A stretch of DNA of 63,852 nucleotides, counting the filler, from Octopus bimaculoides (taxonomy: Eukaryota): assembly GCF_001194135.2 (NCBI RefSeq). It is 5 parts of 5 records of this genome, joined end to end, with 100 filler letters (N's around TTAATTAATTAA, not from the genome) between each part and the next. Parts side by side here need not be neighbours in the genome. Positions count along the whole stretch, not along the records: positions 39,347 to 62,637 come from NC_068996.1; positions 62,738 to 63,852 come from NW_026308603.1; 3 more parts are not named here. One strand, 5' to 3'. A model generated the notes under the pieces. The model did no database searches. It worked only from the letters and a program-made list of their open reading frames with translations, and was not told where the DNA came from. Below, one piece after another: positions 48,888 to 62,959 of the stretch. The position numbers and the translations under genes were made by a program. Numbering within the stretch: the stretch's first letter is position 1; each line of letters opens with the position of its first letter.

Positions 48888-49309
48888 TGAACTTTTTCAA
48901 AACATATTTTCTTCGTTCATTCCCTCGATTTCACTGTTTGTGTATATTTGATAAAGTAGCTTAGGGTCTTTGGCATCTATTTCCAGCGTGTCACTTTACT
49001 TCTCGTAACTGCCCTTAATATAATATTGTGTGTGTGTATATATATANNNNNNNNNNNNNNNNNNNNNNNNNNNNNNNNNNNNNNNNNNNNNNNNNNNNNN
49101 NNNNNNNNNNNNNNNNNNNNNNNNNNNNNNNNNNNNNNNNNNNNNNNNNNNNNNNNNNNNNNNNNNNNNNNNNNNNNNNNNNNNNNNNNNNNNNNNNNNN
49201 NNNNNNNNNNNNNNNNNNNNNNNNNNNNNNNNNNNNNNNNNNNNNNNNNNNNNNNNNNNNNNNNNNNNNNNNNNNNNNNNNNNNNNCTCTCTCTCTCTCT
49301 CTCTCTCGT

Positions 49310-49344
<35 letters not shown>

Positions 49345-50232
49345 ACTGTGGTTTAGCATGATGGTTATATGAGTTAACACCGCAAAGAAAAGGACTAGAA
49401 ATAATTCTTATATCATAAAAGAAACGCTTTTTAGTCTATAAAACCGAACTAACTGTCATTTATTCACAGCTTGACGATATGGTCAGCCGTTTGTTTGAAT
49501 TGAGTGCAAAATTTGAAGTTGTCTTATTAGTTTTGCTTTGGAACAGATGATGAATTGGCAGGTTCGTTAAAGAACAGAAGGAAATGCATTGCAGACCTCT
49601 GCCTGTTCATTACATTCTGAATTGAAATTCTGCCGTGTCTTTCATCCTTCCAGAACTGTATGCTTCTGCCAGAAATGATTATTTTGTTTTGCTTAGCATT
49701 TTACTCCATTGATACTGTAGAACTAGAAATAGACCATCTGATTAGCATTTTATTTCGAAATACTTTTGTTTTTTAGCATTTTTTTATTTTCATATTGGTT
49801 TATTTACTCTTTGTACATTGTTGCACAATGCTGGTCAGGAGAGACTCCCTCTTCCATTTTCTTTTGATATTCTTTTGTGTTTTTTGATTTTAATATTTTT
49901 GTTTGAAGTGGTTTTGTGTAGCTGTTATGATCATTATTTAGTCAATTCTAATTAATGGGATCTATGATTAAGAGCGTTCCAGCTGTAACCATTTTGTCAT
50001 TTATTAAGGCAGAGTATATAAATCTGTTCCACTGTGTCTGTGTTATTTAAAGCTGGCACGTGGAATTTTAGGGAAGATTTGGTGTTTATATATATGTATC
50101 TAGAAACAACTTGTGGCCTGATTTTCCTATTGCTTTTCCATATCAATTTTTCTTCTTTGTAGATAACTTCTAGCTTGTACTTTATACATAAATACATGCA
50201 TGCATACACGAATACATATACATAAATATAGG

Positions 50233-50288
<56 letters not shown>

Positions 50289-50374
50289 CCTGTCTGTCTG
50301 TCTGTCCGTCTGTCTGCCTGCCTGTCTGTCTGTCTGCCTGCCTGTCTGTCTGTCTGCCTGCCTGCCTGCCTGCC

Positions 50375-50413
<39 letters not shown>

Positions 50414-50416
50414 ATG

Positions 50417-50481
<65 letters not shown>

Positions 50482-50482
50482 A

Positions 50483-50515
<33 letters not shown>

Positions 50516-51633
50516 GTGTGTATGTGTGTGTGGATGTGTGTACGATTAATTACCTAGCACTATTAGCAAAATAGATTTTGTTCAAAGCGTTTAGCAGAGC
50601 GTAGAGAAGAAATTACACACACGCACGCACACACACACACACACACGCCCCCCACCAAGGCCAGCGATTATGCCTAAAAGAAGCCCTCCTAATATCAATA
50701 CATAATTCACCGCAATTACTAAAAAAACAACACGACGCTTTCTCAACATGTTGCCATAGGTACTATCGCACCTTTAAATTCTTCCATAAGTCCAAATGCA
50801 AACAAAATCAACACGCATAATATGTGCATGTATCCATCCACGGTCGTTACAGTATATGTACGCTTTTTTCTTTTCCTTTTTCATTTCCTCTACCTCTCTA
50901 TCAATATAAGTATCTTGGAAATAGCTAGTTTCATTTAAATAATTTTTAGTTTTCTTAGTTTGTAATTTTCAGTTTAAGTTTTAACTTTTAATTTTAATTT
51001 GAGTTTTAACTTTAATTCGTAATCCTTTAATAGGTATCATTTAATTGCTATTAAGCTTGAAATATACTTTTAGATATCTGTACTAACCACTAAATTGTTG
51101 TCCTTTGTGAACTTAACTAAATTAGTCCCCAACTCTACTTTACTGAAACTTTAACTTTTGACCTCTCACCCTGATGCAATACTGACATATCTCTATCATA
51201 ACCTTTACTTTTATTTTTAATTTTATTCTTATTTTTACCCTTTTACTCCTGCCTTATATTTATTCCTTTCTTCTCTCTCTCTTGCTACCTTTCTTCTCTC
51301 TCTCAAATATACACTCACTCACAAAATCCATTTATTTCTATCTTACTTTCTCACTCTATGTACACATTTACATACTATCTGTTGCTTCAATATGAACACA
51401 CCATTCAAAATACTGCTAAAATACCGCCTGGATTTACCTGGGATTTTAACTAAAGACCTGTACCTTCATGGAAGTACTGATCAACATCCATATCCTCTGG
51501 AAAAAGATGAGTTGTGAACATTATTCTTCCGCCTGTATTATTCTAACTACATCTACTCTTTATCCTATTTGCTCTTTTATTCTACTTATTCCTTGTAAAC
51601 TGTAAATTTTACCTGTTTAGAACTTTCATACCT

Positions 51634-51709
51634 TGTCTCTGATGACGGAATATCCAATGCGAGAAGATGCTAACCTACCACTTGGATTATCCCAGAAACG
51701 ATTAAGACA
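51634..51709 (+). ncRNA. Type I hammerhead with extended helix II, partly degenerate
   Basis: UGUCU-CUGAUGA-CGGAAUAUCCAA...UUGGAUUAUCCCA-GAAAC-GAU-UA-AGACA; perfect 5-bp helix I; helix III and base of helix II damaged. Confidence 0.65.
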
Positions 51710-52613
51710 TCAAATTCATGTTACCCTCCTTAAATTGTTCTAAATGACTTGAGATATTCGTTCCGCATTGGTTTTTGTTTTTTCCTTTAATATATATATA
51801 GTAAATTTGAGGATATAAACCTCTTATAGGGATGGTTCCTTAACTTCCTTAATGTCCTTTCGCCCTGATGTTATTTCATTCAAAATCTTCGGAATGCAGA
51901 CTTAATTTATTATGTACGTTTTGTGATTTGTATTAAGTGTGAATTGAAACAATTGTCGGCAATGTTAATCAATTAATAAGTTAATTTTATCCATTAAATC
52001 TCTCCATTTTCTTACTTACTAATACACACACACAAATATGTATATATGTGTAAAATAACATAAAATAAACATCAGGTTTAGAAGAATACTAGTATGATAT
52101 GTAAGTAAATTTCAAACGAAAAGATTTGAAAATAAAATCCAGCGATTTCTATTGAAATGATCGAAGCTCTCGTTCACACGTATATTCTCCAGTTTGTGTG
52201 GATGAGGGCATATTTCTGATATTTTAATGTGCATTAAAAAAATATGGACAAGTGACAACGCTTTACAGGTTTCACAAAGACAGTTACAAGGGAGTTTTAT
52301 AGTTTATCTTCGGTTTTAACACCGTGGTGTATATAAATAGTAAAATTCCATTTTCTCTTAATCCGTTGATGACGTGTCATGTGTTCATATATTTTTATGC
52401 ATGCTCACAAGCACGTTCTTATCCCAGGAAGATATTGAATATACACGTAGTTATTTCAATATGTACAGCATGATTTTTCATTTTGTTTTCAATTGCCACG
52501 TCATTTAACAGTAATTATATACATGCATATATACATACATGCATACACGCATACATGCATACAATATACATACAAACATACATATATATACATGTACATA
52601 CATGCATATAAAT

Positions 52614-52656
<43 letters not shown>

Positions 52657-52954
52657 CACACACATGCACACACACACACACATATATATATATNNNNNNN
52701 NNNNNNNNNNNNNNNNNNNNNNNNNNNNNNNNNNNNNNNNNNNNNNNNNNNNNNNNNNNNNNNNNNNNNNNNNNNNNNNNNNNNNNNNNNNNNNNNNNNN
52801 NNNNNNNNNNNNNNNNNNNNNNNNNNNNNNNNNNNNNNNNNNNNNNNNNNNNNNNNNNNNNNNNNNNNNNNNNNNNNNNNNNNNNNNNNNNNNNNNNNNN
52901 NNNNNNNNNNNNNNNNNNNNNNNNNNNNNNNNNNNNNNNNNNNNNNNNNNNNNN

Positions 52955-52985
<31 letters not shown>

Positions 52986-53529
52986 GTATGTATATATGAG
53001 TATGTATGTACGTGTGCGTATGCATATATGTTCATGTGTGGGATGTATGTGTACACATTTTTTTCAATACAGAAGAAAACAATAAGAACCATGAACGCAA
53101 GAAACAAGTCATATCAAAAAGAGAAAGAACAACAATTACATGAACATCAGCAACTAGAAAAATAAAAATAGAAACTGAAAGACGTAATCAACTTGCAGGA
53201 ACATGAAGGTACCCCCGGAGTCAAACACATGAATTATACATAGAATATCTAGGCTGTATTCTCCAAATGTCTTTTGAAGTCTATTTGTATGTTTTTTTTA
53301 TTTTGTTATTATGTATATTGCAGTGCCAGTATTGTGTTTTATTAAGTGAACGCACGTATATTTCGTATTCATTGATAAAACGCGTATAATACTTCTTTAT
53401 ACATGTATACATGCTCACTCATATATACATACTCTCTCTTTCTCTTTCTCTCCCTCTCACACACACAGACATTATCCATCCATCCATCCATCCATCCATC
53501 CATCCATCCATCCATCCATCCATCCATCC

Positions 53530-53591
<62 letters not shown>

Positions 53592-53949
53592 ACTTACCCC
53601 ATCTGCATTCACATATATGTGCTTCTTTATATACTTAAACTGATTAGCATTAGTTACTTTTATAATTTAACTATAATACATATACTCTTAACCTAACACA
53701 CTAACTTATGTTCATCTTTGTTTATAATTCTCTGGAGCCTTTTGTTGTCGATGTGTCGAGTTTCTTTTGACTAAATTATTTGAAGAAATAAAAGAGTGTA
53801 ATCTTAAAAAGTCTTCTTTCTCACTAGAAATTTATTGGCATGATCCTAGTATGCACCAATGGTAGATATATCCACTGTTAAGTTGTCAGCATGATCAAGT
53901 AGTTCTTATGCCTACATCTCACACTAATCAAGGTTAATTGGCTAGACAT

Positions 53950-54240
53950 GCTTTTCAAGGATCACCGAGAAAATCATCTTACCAAATCGAAGCATTAGTT
54001 GCAACAGACAATGATATATTTCTAATAAATAGGAAAAAATTTCCAGATGCAAAAATCTGGAAGTAAAGATGATCAGAATGTGAGAAGTGGCATCAGAAAC
54101 ACTCCCTATAATAATAGATGTTTTGGAAATGATAAAGCATGCAGATAAAACTTAACAAAACCCCCATGAGTTACAAATATATACAACACTGAAAGTTGCG
54201 TTACTAGGTACCATTCACAAAATATGTAAAGTACTGACAT
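53950..54240 (+). mobile_element. Degenerate Dong/R4-type 3' end
   Basis: EKISRCKNLEVKMIRM*EV..TLPIII..LEMIK..KVALLGTIHKICKVL. Confidence 0.7.
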
Positions 54241-54389
54241 TACTATAAAAAATACAAATCAAAACAGAATAATGTGCATGCTTAGAAACTACAGAGCTGC
54301 ATTTTGCAGTGTACGGGAAAACGCGTAAAAATTATTGATATGGTTAATGGGCATCAGTGTTAATATGACAACAAATTAGCAAAGTTTCA

Positions 54390-55900
54390 ATCTGTCAAAT
54401 ACTTTAGGTTAATCCAAATTGACCAACATCCATCAACCTCAGATGTGTTCTTGACGCTTGCTACAGTGTATGATATGCGATGTTGGCTGTCGTGAATAGA
54501 TCTGCCGGCGATCGCACAAGTTTGCGCGTCTCTGACAACACTACTAACGAGAAACACCATCTTTTTGACGATCAACTTTGTCAAACCTTTAAAATATGTC
54601 TTGAGCAGGGATATGAATTGAAAATTTTCTGTCACGTTTCCTTTGCCTGGACCCTTCCTTAACTTGGTTACCACTCTCCGATTCACTCAGCTGAGAATGT
54701 TCCCAGTCTGTTGTCAGCTGTAGTACACAGTTGCCGAGATAGGAGTGAACTAAATTGGCATGTTGAAATGGGGCGCCCTTGGTAGTGATTTGCGCCCTGC
54801 ACAGCGGGTTAGTATATCTGCTTTCGAGGAACGTCGAACTTGCAATATTGGGCTTTGATGCCTACCTTGAAGATTGTCCGCGACTACCAAACAAGGAGAC
54901 TGAGTGCTGTAAAAAGTAAATTTTCAGTTGATGAAAATGGCAAGTGTGTTAAGCCGATGAGTGGGACGCAAAGTCCAGGAAAACTGCACTCAGTTTTACG
55001 TCTAGGCATTTTCGAAATAGCACTGGTCGAAATAACCGATCGAAAGAGTGGAAGCGATTGTGTTTCGGATACCTAGATTACGCTAACAGCTACTGCACCT
55101 AGATGTAGTGACTTGAGATCACTGAGCTGGTGTCCATGATTCCATACCCTCCTCAGGTCACGAGCATTTTTAAAAAAGAAGTGTCAGTTACATACCCTGG
55201 TATTGAATTAGTCTTTTTTATGGGCTTTTGTTCGGGTCCTCAAGAATCCTTCACTCATATAAAATTTTAAAACATCCCTAACCATATGGAGAATGCTTTC
55301 ACAAAATGCGGTACATCGCTGATGTAGTTCTTAATAGAACGCCACTCGAGGAGTTTTGGATTGAGTTCACCAAAACACGGGTTTTTAAAACTTGACTTAG
55401 TTGTACCGTCTCTTGTCATCTTGATTGCTATTTATTATGCTATTTTTGCTGTTGGCCGCGTGGATTTTCTTGTTCCTGTTCTTGGTGTTGCTGTTGTTGG
55501 TTTCTATTGTGGTTAAGATTGTTGTTATTGTGGTTGTTATTGATGTGACTATTATTAATATTGCTGATGTGATTGTTGGAATGTAACCTGGCTTAATTGA
55601 TTAAATGCATTTTTCCGGAGATGTAAGTATTTCTAGGCTTTTGGAATTTAGTGGTGATGGGTCAATTCAGTATTTTCATTTCTTTTCTTTTTGAGGGTTG
55701 TTCGACTATAAGGCTTTTGGACACTTTTGTGCAATATTCCATGTATCTTGTAGCTATTTCCAAATCAGAGGGCTCGACTGGGCTTGGGCTGGATTTGTGT
55801 ACGTAATTCGTTGATGTCATGGTTGTTGGGAGAAGTGGTGGGGAATTCTTTCCACATTCTGTAACAAGGGAAATACTCTGCAATAACAATTTCTTTTCAT
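54390..55900 (-). mobile_element. Tx1/L1-clade LINE relic (ORF1 remnant, APE start, RT start) with an internal inverted segment
   Basis: Minus: KNARDLR.VWNHGHQLSDLKSL..VSET (APE start); VY..*QQTG..RVV.KLRK..KG..ENFQFISLL..AQTCAIAGRSIHD (RT domain 0-2); the linker YLEDCPRL..ETECC..QSPG is on the plus strand at about 54850-55000. Confidence 0.8.
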
Positions 55901-56229
55901 TGTCACAGGAGCGTCAGATAAATGGGGCATTACAAGGACAGGTTACAATTTGTGTAGGAGTGTACATAAAATCGGGTGAGTGGATCAAAAAGTAGGAAAC
56001 AATAAAAGTATAAGTATCCATAATATACAATATACGAGTGGGACCTGTGGAAATTCCACAGTCTGAAAAACATTAAGAGAAGCTATTTAAGAAAGAAAGA
56101 TAATTTGCACTTTTATATATATTTTGCTAAGTATTCCACTTCTAGTCACAATAATACATTATATTTTAAAATTTCCTTCTACCGAGTACTTTATATATCT
56201 CTCTTTCTCTCTACCTCTTCAACAAACGT

Positions 56230-56298
56230 TTTAACCATGTAATTTCCATCTTCATGTCTTTAACATTTCTCTCTGTCTCTTCACCTCTCACTTCCACT

Positions 56299-56357
<59 letters not shown>

Positions 56358-56745
56358 TGTAACTGCCTCCCCTGTCCATTTCTCTTTATCTGCCTTTCTT
56401 TAACCTCACTACCAGAACATCACCCTCTGCAAAATATTGTATCCTAAACATGTTTCTTTCTCTTTACCTTTCCCTCCCCACCCTACAGCACGGCGTTAAC
56501 ACTTCTCTCACCCTCTTTTCTGTCACTGTCTTTTTCTCTCGTTCTTCATCACTCCCTTCAACTAACCACGTGACGCATTTGGCCTTCTAAAACCTCTTTC
56601 TCTACTTCTTCCTCACATCTTTCTTCTCTACTCATACTCCTCACCTCCTCCCCCCTCTCTCTCACACACACTTTTACTCTACCTCTATCTCTCTAACTAA
56701 CTAAAATATAACGGGTGAACGGACGAGCAGATTATTATATAGATG
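56230..56745 (+). mobile_element. HINE/DINE-1-like element 3' part
   Basis: cagaacatcacc.ctctgc, cccttcaactaa.ca.gtga and the acggacgagcagattattatatagat end shared with 33240-33660. Confidence 0.5.
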
Positions 56746-56869
56746 CTGAATTTCTAAAATAAAACAGCCTGCTACTAAGGTCAATCACGGACTCACCCTG
56801 ATTCAAAATCATCCTAACGTTCAAAGGCAGAGCCCTGCAGCGACGTATTAGATGCTCAGATTAGATCCT

Positions 56870-56943
<74 letters not shown>
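56746..56943 (+). mobile_element. Probable LINE 3' end with (CTA)n tail
   Basis: Short unique segment ending gatgctcagattagatcctt immediately followed by (ACT)n; clade not assigned. Confidence 0.45.
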
Positions 56944-56947
<4 letters not shown>

Positions 56948-57312
56948 CTTGCATAGGCTCACGTTAAGAAATATGGAGGGAGAACATAGTCAATTAAATC
57001 GAGTATATGACTGGGATTCAATCTTATTGATAATGAAGGGAACAATGATGATTATGTTGATAATGATGGTGAAAGAATTTATGAATATACTACGAAAGAG
57101 AGAGAGAGAGAGAGAGAGAGAAGGAAAAAGAGGGAAAAGGAGAGGGGAGAGAGAGGGGGTGAGATACGGAGTGGGAGAGAGTAATATGCAGGTTTAGGGA
57201 GGAAAGTAGAAGCATATTATATGAAGACATAGATTGTATTTACACTTATGTGTCTCTGATCGAATTAGAGAGTAAGATAGGAACTATATGTGTGTGTGTG
57301 TGTGTGTGTGTG

Positions 57313-57346
<34 letters not shown>

Positions 57347-57654
57347 ATTTACACGTATATACATATATATGTATATGTGTGTGTGCGTGTGTGTATAGGA
57401 AGAGAAAACGGAAGGGAAATAAAGAGAGACGCAGAATGATACGGAATGCAGTTACATCTACAGCCGGAATATGCCGGCTGTTGTCAAGAAGTAAATTTCT
57501 TGAGCTTATGGATTTTAATTTATGGATTGTAGCTTCTCATTGTGGATTGCCCTCAGCTATTCCAAGTCTATCATTATGCGCTGGGAGCGAAACCCTATCG
57601 ATTCAATCAACCCCTCGACAGTCTATTCATTAGAGAAGGAAGATAGATCATATT

Positions 57655-57710
<56 letters not shown>

Positions 57711-57734
57711 TATTTACATATGTGGATATATATG

Positions 57735-57773
<39 letters not shown>

Positions 57774-58583
57774 NNNNNNNNNNNNNNNNNNNNNNNNNNN
57801 NNNNNNNNNNNNNNNNNNNNNNNNNNNNNNNNNNNNNNNNNNNNNNNNNNNNNNNNNNNNNNNNNNNNNNNNNNNNNNNNNNNNNNNNNNNNNNNNNNNN
57901 NNNNNNNNNNNNNNNNNNNNNNNNNNNNNNNNNNNNNNNNNNNNNNNNNNNNNNNNNNNNNNNNNNNNNNNNNNNNNNNNNNNNNNNNNNNNNNNNNNNN
58001 NNNNNNNNNNNNNNNNNNNNNNNNNNNNNNNNNNNNNNNNNNNNNNNNNNNNNNNNNNNNNNNNNNNNNNNNNNNNNNNNNNNNNNNNNNNNNNNNNNNN
58101 NNNNNNNNNNNNNNNNNNNNNNNNNNNNNNNNNNNNNNNNNNNNNNNNNNNNNNNNNNNNNNNNNNNNNNNNNNNNNNNNNNNNNNNNNNNNNNNNNNNN
58201 NNNNNNNNNNNNNNNNNNNNNNNNNNNNNNNNNNNNNNNNNNNNNNNNNNNNNNNNNNNNNNNNNNNNNNNNAGAAGAGTGAGGGAGAGAAAGAAAGAGA
58301 GAGAGAAAGTGAGAGAGAGAGAGAAAGTGAGAGAGAGAGAGAGAAAGTGAGAGAGAGAGAGAGAGAGAACCTTCGTTTGTGTGTGTTAGTGTATGCATAT
58401 GTGTGTGTGTATGTGTGCATGCGTATATATGTGTGCGCGCATCCACGAGTAAAAGAAGAAATCATTGAAGATGTACGATATGGAAATGTTTTTTGTTTGT
58501 GTGAGTGTGGGGGGGATGGGTTGATTTCATTGGCATTTTCGTAATTTTGACATTATGGACTTCACACACATGTAGTGCGTGTA

Positions 58584-58614
<31 letters not shown>

Positions 58615-59558
58615 GCGAGTAAAAATAAATACAAAAAAGGTGGGGTTTTTTGTATGATTGTGTATAGAGGAATATATTATTTTGCTTAAAAGAGTTCCAA
58701 CACTGTCTGTTTTTTATGTTTTATTTATATTCCTGCAGAACTAATGTGGGGTATAGAATATGGAATATACAATATACAATATAAAATAAAATAAAATAAA
58801 AATGGATGGCACCATGAAAGAAAGTATTGAATGTAGATGAAATATTGAGTGTTCAATATAAAGGATCAAATATATAAATATATAAATATAAATATATATA
58901 TATAAAGGNNNNNNNNNNNNNNNNNNNNNNNNNNNNNNNNNNNNNNNNNNNNNNNNNNNNNNNNNNNNNNNNNNNNNNNNNNNNNNNNNNNNNNNNNNNN
59001 NNNNNNNNNNNNNNNNNNNNNNNNNNNNNNNNNNNNNNNNNNNNNNNNNNNNNNNNNNNNNNNNNNNNNNNNNNNNNNNNNNNNNNNNNNNNNNNNNNNN
59101 NNNNNNNNNNNNNNNNNNNNNNNNNNNNNNNNNNNNNNNNNNNNNNNNNNNNNNNNNNNNNNNNNNNNNNNNNNNNNNNNNNNNNNNNNNNNNNNNNNNN
59201 NNNNNNNNNNNNNNNNNNNNNNNNNNNNNNNNNNNNNNNNNNNNNNNNNNNNNNNNNNNNNNNNNNNNNNNNNNNNNNNNNNNNNNNNNNNNNNNNNNNN
59301 NNNNNNNNNNNNNNNNNNNNNNNNNNNNNNNNNNNNNNNNNNNNNNNNNNNNNNNNNNNNNNNNNNNNNNNNNNNNNNNNNNNNNNNNNNNNNNNNNNNN
59401 NNNNNNNNNNNNNNNNNNNNNNNNNNNNNNNNNNNNNNNNNNNNNNNNNNNNNNNNNNNNNNNNNNNNNNNNNNNNNNNNNNNNNNNNNNNNNNNNNNNN
59501 NNNNNNNNNNNNNNNNNNNNAATATTCGGTTATAATGTCTTATGTTTAAGCTGGTTCC

Positions 59559-59659
59559 CATACATTTCCCTGAGGAGAAGTTTACATTTTTAACATCGCC
59601 GATTCCTATGGATCGCATAAATTGTAATTCTTCGAAACATATGTCGGAATAAAAGTATG
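59559..59659 (+). ncRNA. Type I hammerhead ribozyme, fully canonical core, long helix II
   Basis: CAUAC-AU-UUCC-CUGAGGA-GAAG...CUUC-GAAAC-AUAU-GUC-GGAA-UAAAA-GUAUG; G10.1-C11.1 pair, GUC site after 59645, palindromic ACAUAUGU. Confidence 0.85.
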
Positions 59660-59959
59660 CAGTTATAATATGGGTTTACTCCATTCATTAAATTTATATA
59701 TACTCAAATACCCAAAATATCAAGGAGTTTCTACCTCATAAACAGAAGTTACACCACAGTTATTTTGTCATCTTTGCTACCCTGGTATCTATTAACCAAT
59801 TTATTTTATCCGAGTTATTTATTACTAGGAGAAAATAAATATATATATATATATATATATATATTGTCTTTTGGTAAAAGGTTTCTTTTTTGTATTTATA
59901 TTGGTTTATGGTAGGAGAAAAGGTTGGCGAAATTTATAGGGTGGAAATGTCTTAGAGGT

Positions 59960-61800
59960 TTGAAGATCTTGTGTTTTCAGAAACAAATTAACTCAGAGTT
60001 GCGTTCAATATTTGGGTCTCAAAATAAAGAATTTCATAGGAATCAGCTGAACAAAGTTGTCAAGTTTTGTTGTTTACTTGGTATCATTGTTTATGGAAAA
60101 ATACCTTCTAATTAATGCTAAACAGTATATTTTTAAACTTTAGCGTCCAAATATATTTAGATAGTGTGGTGTCACTTTCCTGTTCGGATTGAAAACAGTA
60201 TGCGCATGTTGATTGTATAATCTTTTGACCTGATTTGCTATCGCATCTATGTATGTGGCGGTGGTTAATTAGTGATTACAGTAGCGCAATACATGATTAT
60301 AAAGCAATTTCCATTTAAAGATCAGAGTGAATTGGTGTTGCAGTTGCAATTAGTAGAGTTGAGATCGTGTTTTGGTTTTCATATCTTGAAAGTTTTTGAT
60401 AATAATAATAAACTATAATTGTTAGTTGTGGAGCATTATATCATATTGTGTTTATTAGTCTGTGATACTTGTGATTTGGATGGAAGTCTTTTTGAAGTAA
60501 TTTGAAGAATATCTAGCTATTTGTGTAGAGAGATTTGTTGCAGAGTGGACTTTTTGTGCTTTTTTTTATTGTGGGCGTGGTATTGAAATGGATTGCTCCC
60601 CTATAACTTGTTATGTGGAGTTGAATATTGATTCATTAGAAGATATAGAAGAGTTTTAGCGGCATGTTCTTGATTAGGTTGTTAAATATACTTGGGGGAT
60701 GGTCTGAGTGGTTATTTGGATGTTTTACTTTGCCATTTTATAGGGTTTATGAATGGAAGTCTCTAAGTCTTGGTCGAGATCGATAAAGTTAGCTGATTTA
60801 AGATAAGTTTGTTACGGTAATGGTAAATTCTAGGTTTCTGAAGAACAGATGTAATTCTTTCATAAGTCTGTAATTTTTTTTCGTGCGCTGAAGCTTCTTA
60901 GGAAGAGTAAACCATAGTCTCTCTAGATACTATGTGAATCAATGGGGGATTTTACGTGTATGCTATTAATATATTTGGGCCAAGATGTCACTCCTGCTGA
61001 GTTCTTTCGTCCTATAATAACACCAAATAGTTCTTTAATGTCTTTCTGATCCCAGTATGCATCATTGTGTAATAGAAGGAATTTCATAGATTGTAGTAAT
61101 ATTTCTAGTTGAGCGTCTTTAATTGTTTTTATTGATTCAAAGTAGTTGTTTTAATATTGTAGTTTTATAGTCTTTGATGTGAAACTGGCAGAAATGGCAC
61201 TTATTTCTATTTAGGCTAAAACAAACCAATCAATTACTGCATACGTGTTACTCCAGAGGGGTAAATTTGAACGTGCTTAAATTTTTGGTGTGAATGCGTC
61301 AAGAATTTTCTTGCTAATGATACCTAAGTCTAATTTAGAAGTCTATTAGTCTGACGGATAGGTTATTACTGAAACGGGTCTGTGATCATTCATAGTAATG
61401 TATGAAGATTCGGGTGTTAAGATATCTATACTATCCGTCGCTATGTTTTGACTGTTGTGCTTATGTGATTATTATAAGGTGTACATGATTTTTTATATGT
61501 GTTAAACCTTATTTTAGAAAAGAAACGATTTTAAGAAGCTTGACATAACTGCTGTAGGTAATTTTCTGCTTTGGTTTATTCTGCAGTGCGTGTCTTTATT
61601 TGTAAAACATTTTCTTTTTCATTGCGAATAGTTCATATTTGAAAGGCTGCAGTAATGGAAAAGATTGTGGACAGCTGACTGTCATGAATCTGTTGTAGGT
61701 AGCGGGATTTTCATCCTGTTTGTCTTTTCTGTATTGGTAAACTTTCCATCTTAGGCTCGTGCAACTTTTGGATTTTTTCACCGGTATTTTTAGGTTCATG
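59960..61800 (-). mobile_element. Penelope-like element, nearly full ORF relic (RT plus GIY-YIG)
   Basis: Minus: LGIISKKILDAF (about 61300), LWSNTYAVIDWF (about 61240), I*RDYGL for YRDDGL (about 60920), DHPPSIF (about 60695), CNC..LNGNC, TTLSKYIWTLK (about 60150); many stops and frameshifts. Confidence 0.85.
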
Positions 61801-62637
61801 GTAGTTGGTAGCTTCTTGGTTGTTATTAATTGAAAAGTGTATACGTTGTTGGTTCAGCTTTTCTTATTTTCAGTTAATGTTAAAGAAAGCATTCATGTTG
61901 AAACGGAACAATTGTGTTAATGTTTGTCAAAAACATCCCACTAAAGACCAAATAAAACCAAACGAATGTAAATCACAGCCCCGATGAAGGCAAGCAAAAC
62001 AAAAATGAAGTCACTGTCAGCATTTTTCTTGTAAAAGCTAATAAATATGTATTCTATTAAAAAGAAGTAAATCTTTTGTGGGAGTGATGTAATAATATAA
62101 TTTGTTATAACAAACACTAACGCATACATCTAAAAACACAAATATATATAAAAATAAGATCTAGGGATCCAAGTGTAGAAAGTTTGTAAGCAGTACATGG
62201 CAGATATAGAAAACAAAAAGTGGACAGTGTACATCCAGGAGCAATAACAAAGTATTGGCGTCGAATGTTATACCCTTTTTCCCCAGATCGAAGTCATGAG
62301 CAAATTCGACAAGCTGAATATTTCTTTATAGTTCACGGTTAGCAGCTAGAGTTGAGGGTGTAGGGGTAAAATCCAAGCTACATATGTCTTTTAGCTAGCT
62401 GATCCTCTTATATAATAATTACACCAAGAGGCGTGTTCAACTTAGCTAATACCCAGGCCGAGAATACCTTAATTATATGAAGGTTACATTGTCATTTGGA
62501 ATTTCCAAGTTAACTCACCGTAGATGTGAGTTGAAGTTTTTCGATTTCTGTGAGCATATGGGTAGAAAAACTGGTTTCAGTAAGTAGTTGGTGACCAAGA
62601 TAGGTTACTGCCTTCAAGGACTCTTTACATATATATA

Positions 62638-62737
62638 NNNNNNNNNNNNNNNNNNNNNNNNNNNNNNNNNNNNNNNNNNNNTTAATTAATTAANNNNNNN
62701 NNNNNNNNNNNNNNNNNNNNNNNNNNNNNNNNNNNNN
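62638..62737. other. Assembly spacer N44-TTAATTAATTAA-N44
   Basis: Same 100-bp block. Confidence 0.97.
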
Positions 62738-62959
62738 CTAAAAAGATCTATAATAAAAATACAAAGTAATAAATATTAAAATAATAATTAAAAAATAATA
62801 AAATAATATATATGTATAATAGTGTATGAAAATTACGGACAAGTCGTTTATGAAGCTGCTGAGCAGGACAGCGATACTCTGCACGTACATCATGCTTAGG
62901 GACTGATCCATGAGGGTGGATCAAGGGGCGGCAGTCGCCATGATAGATCGCTGACCACA

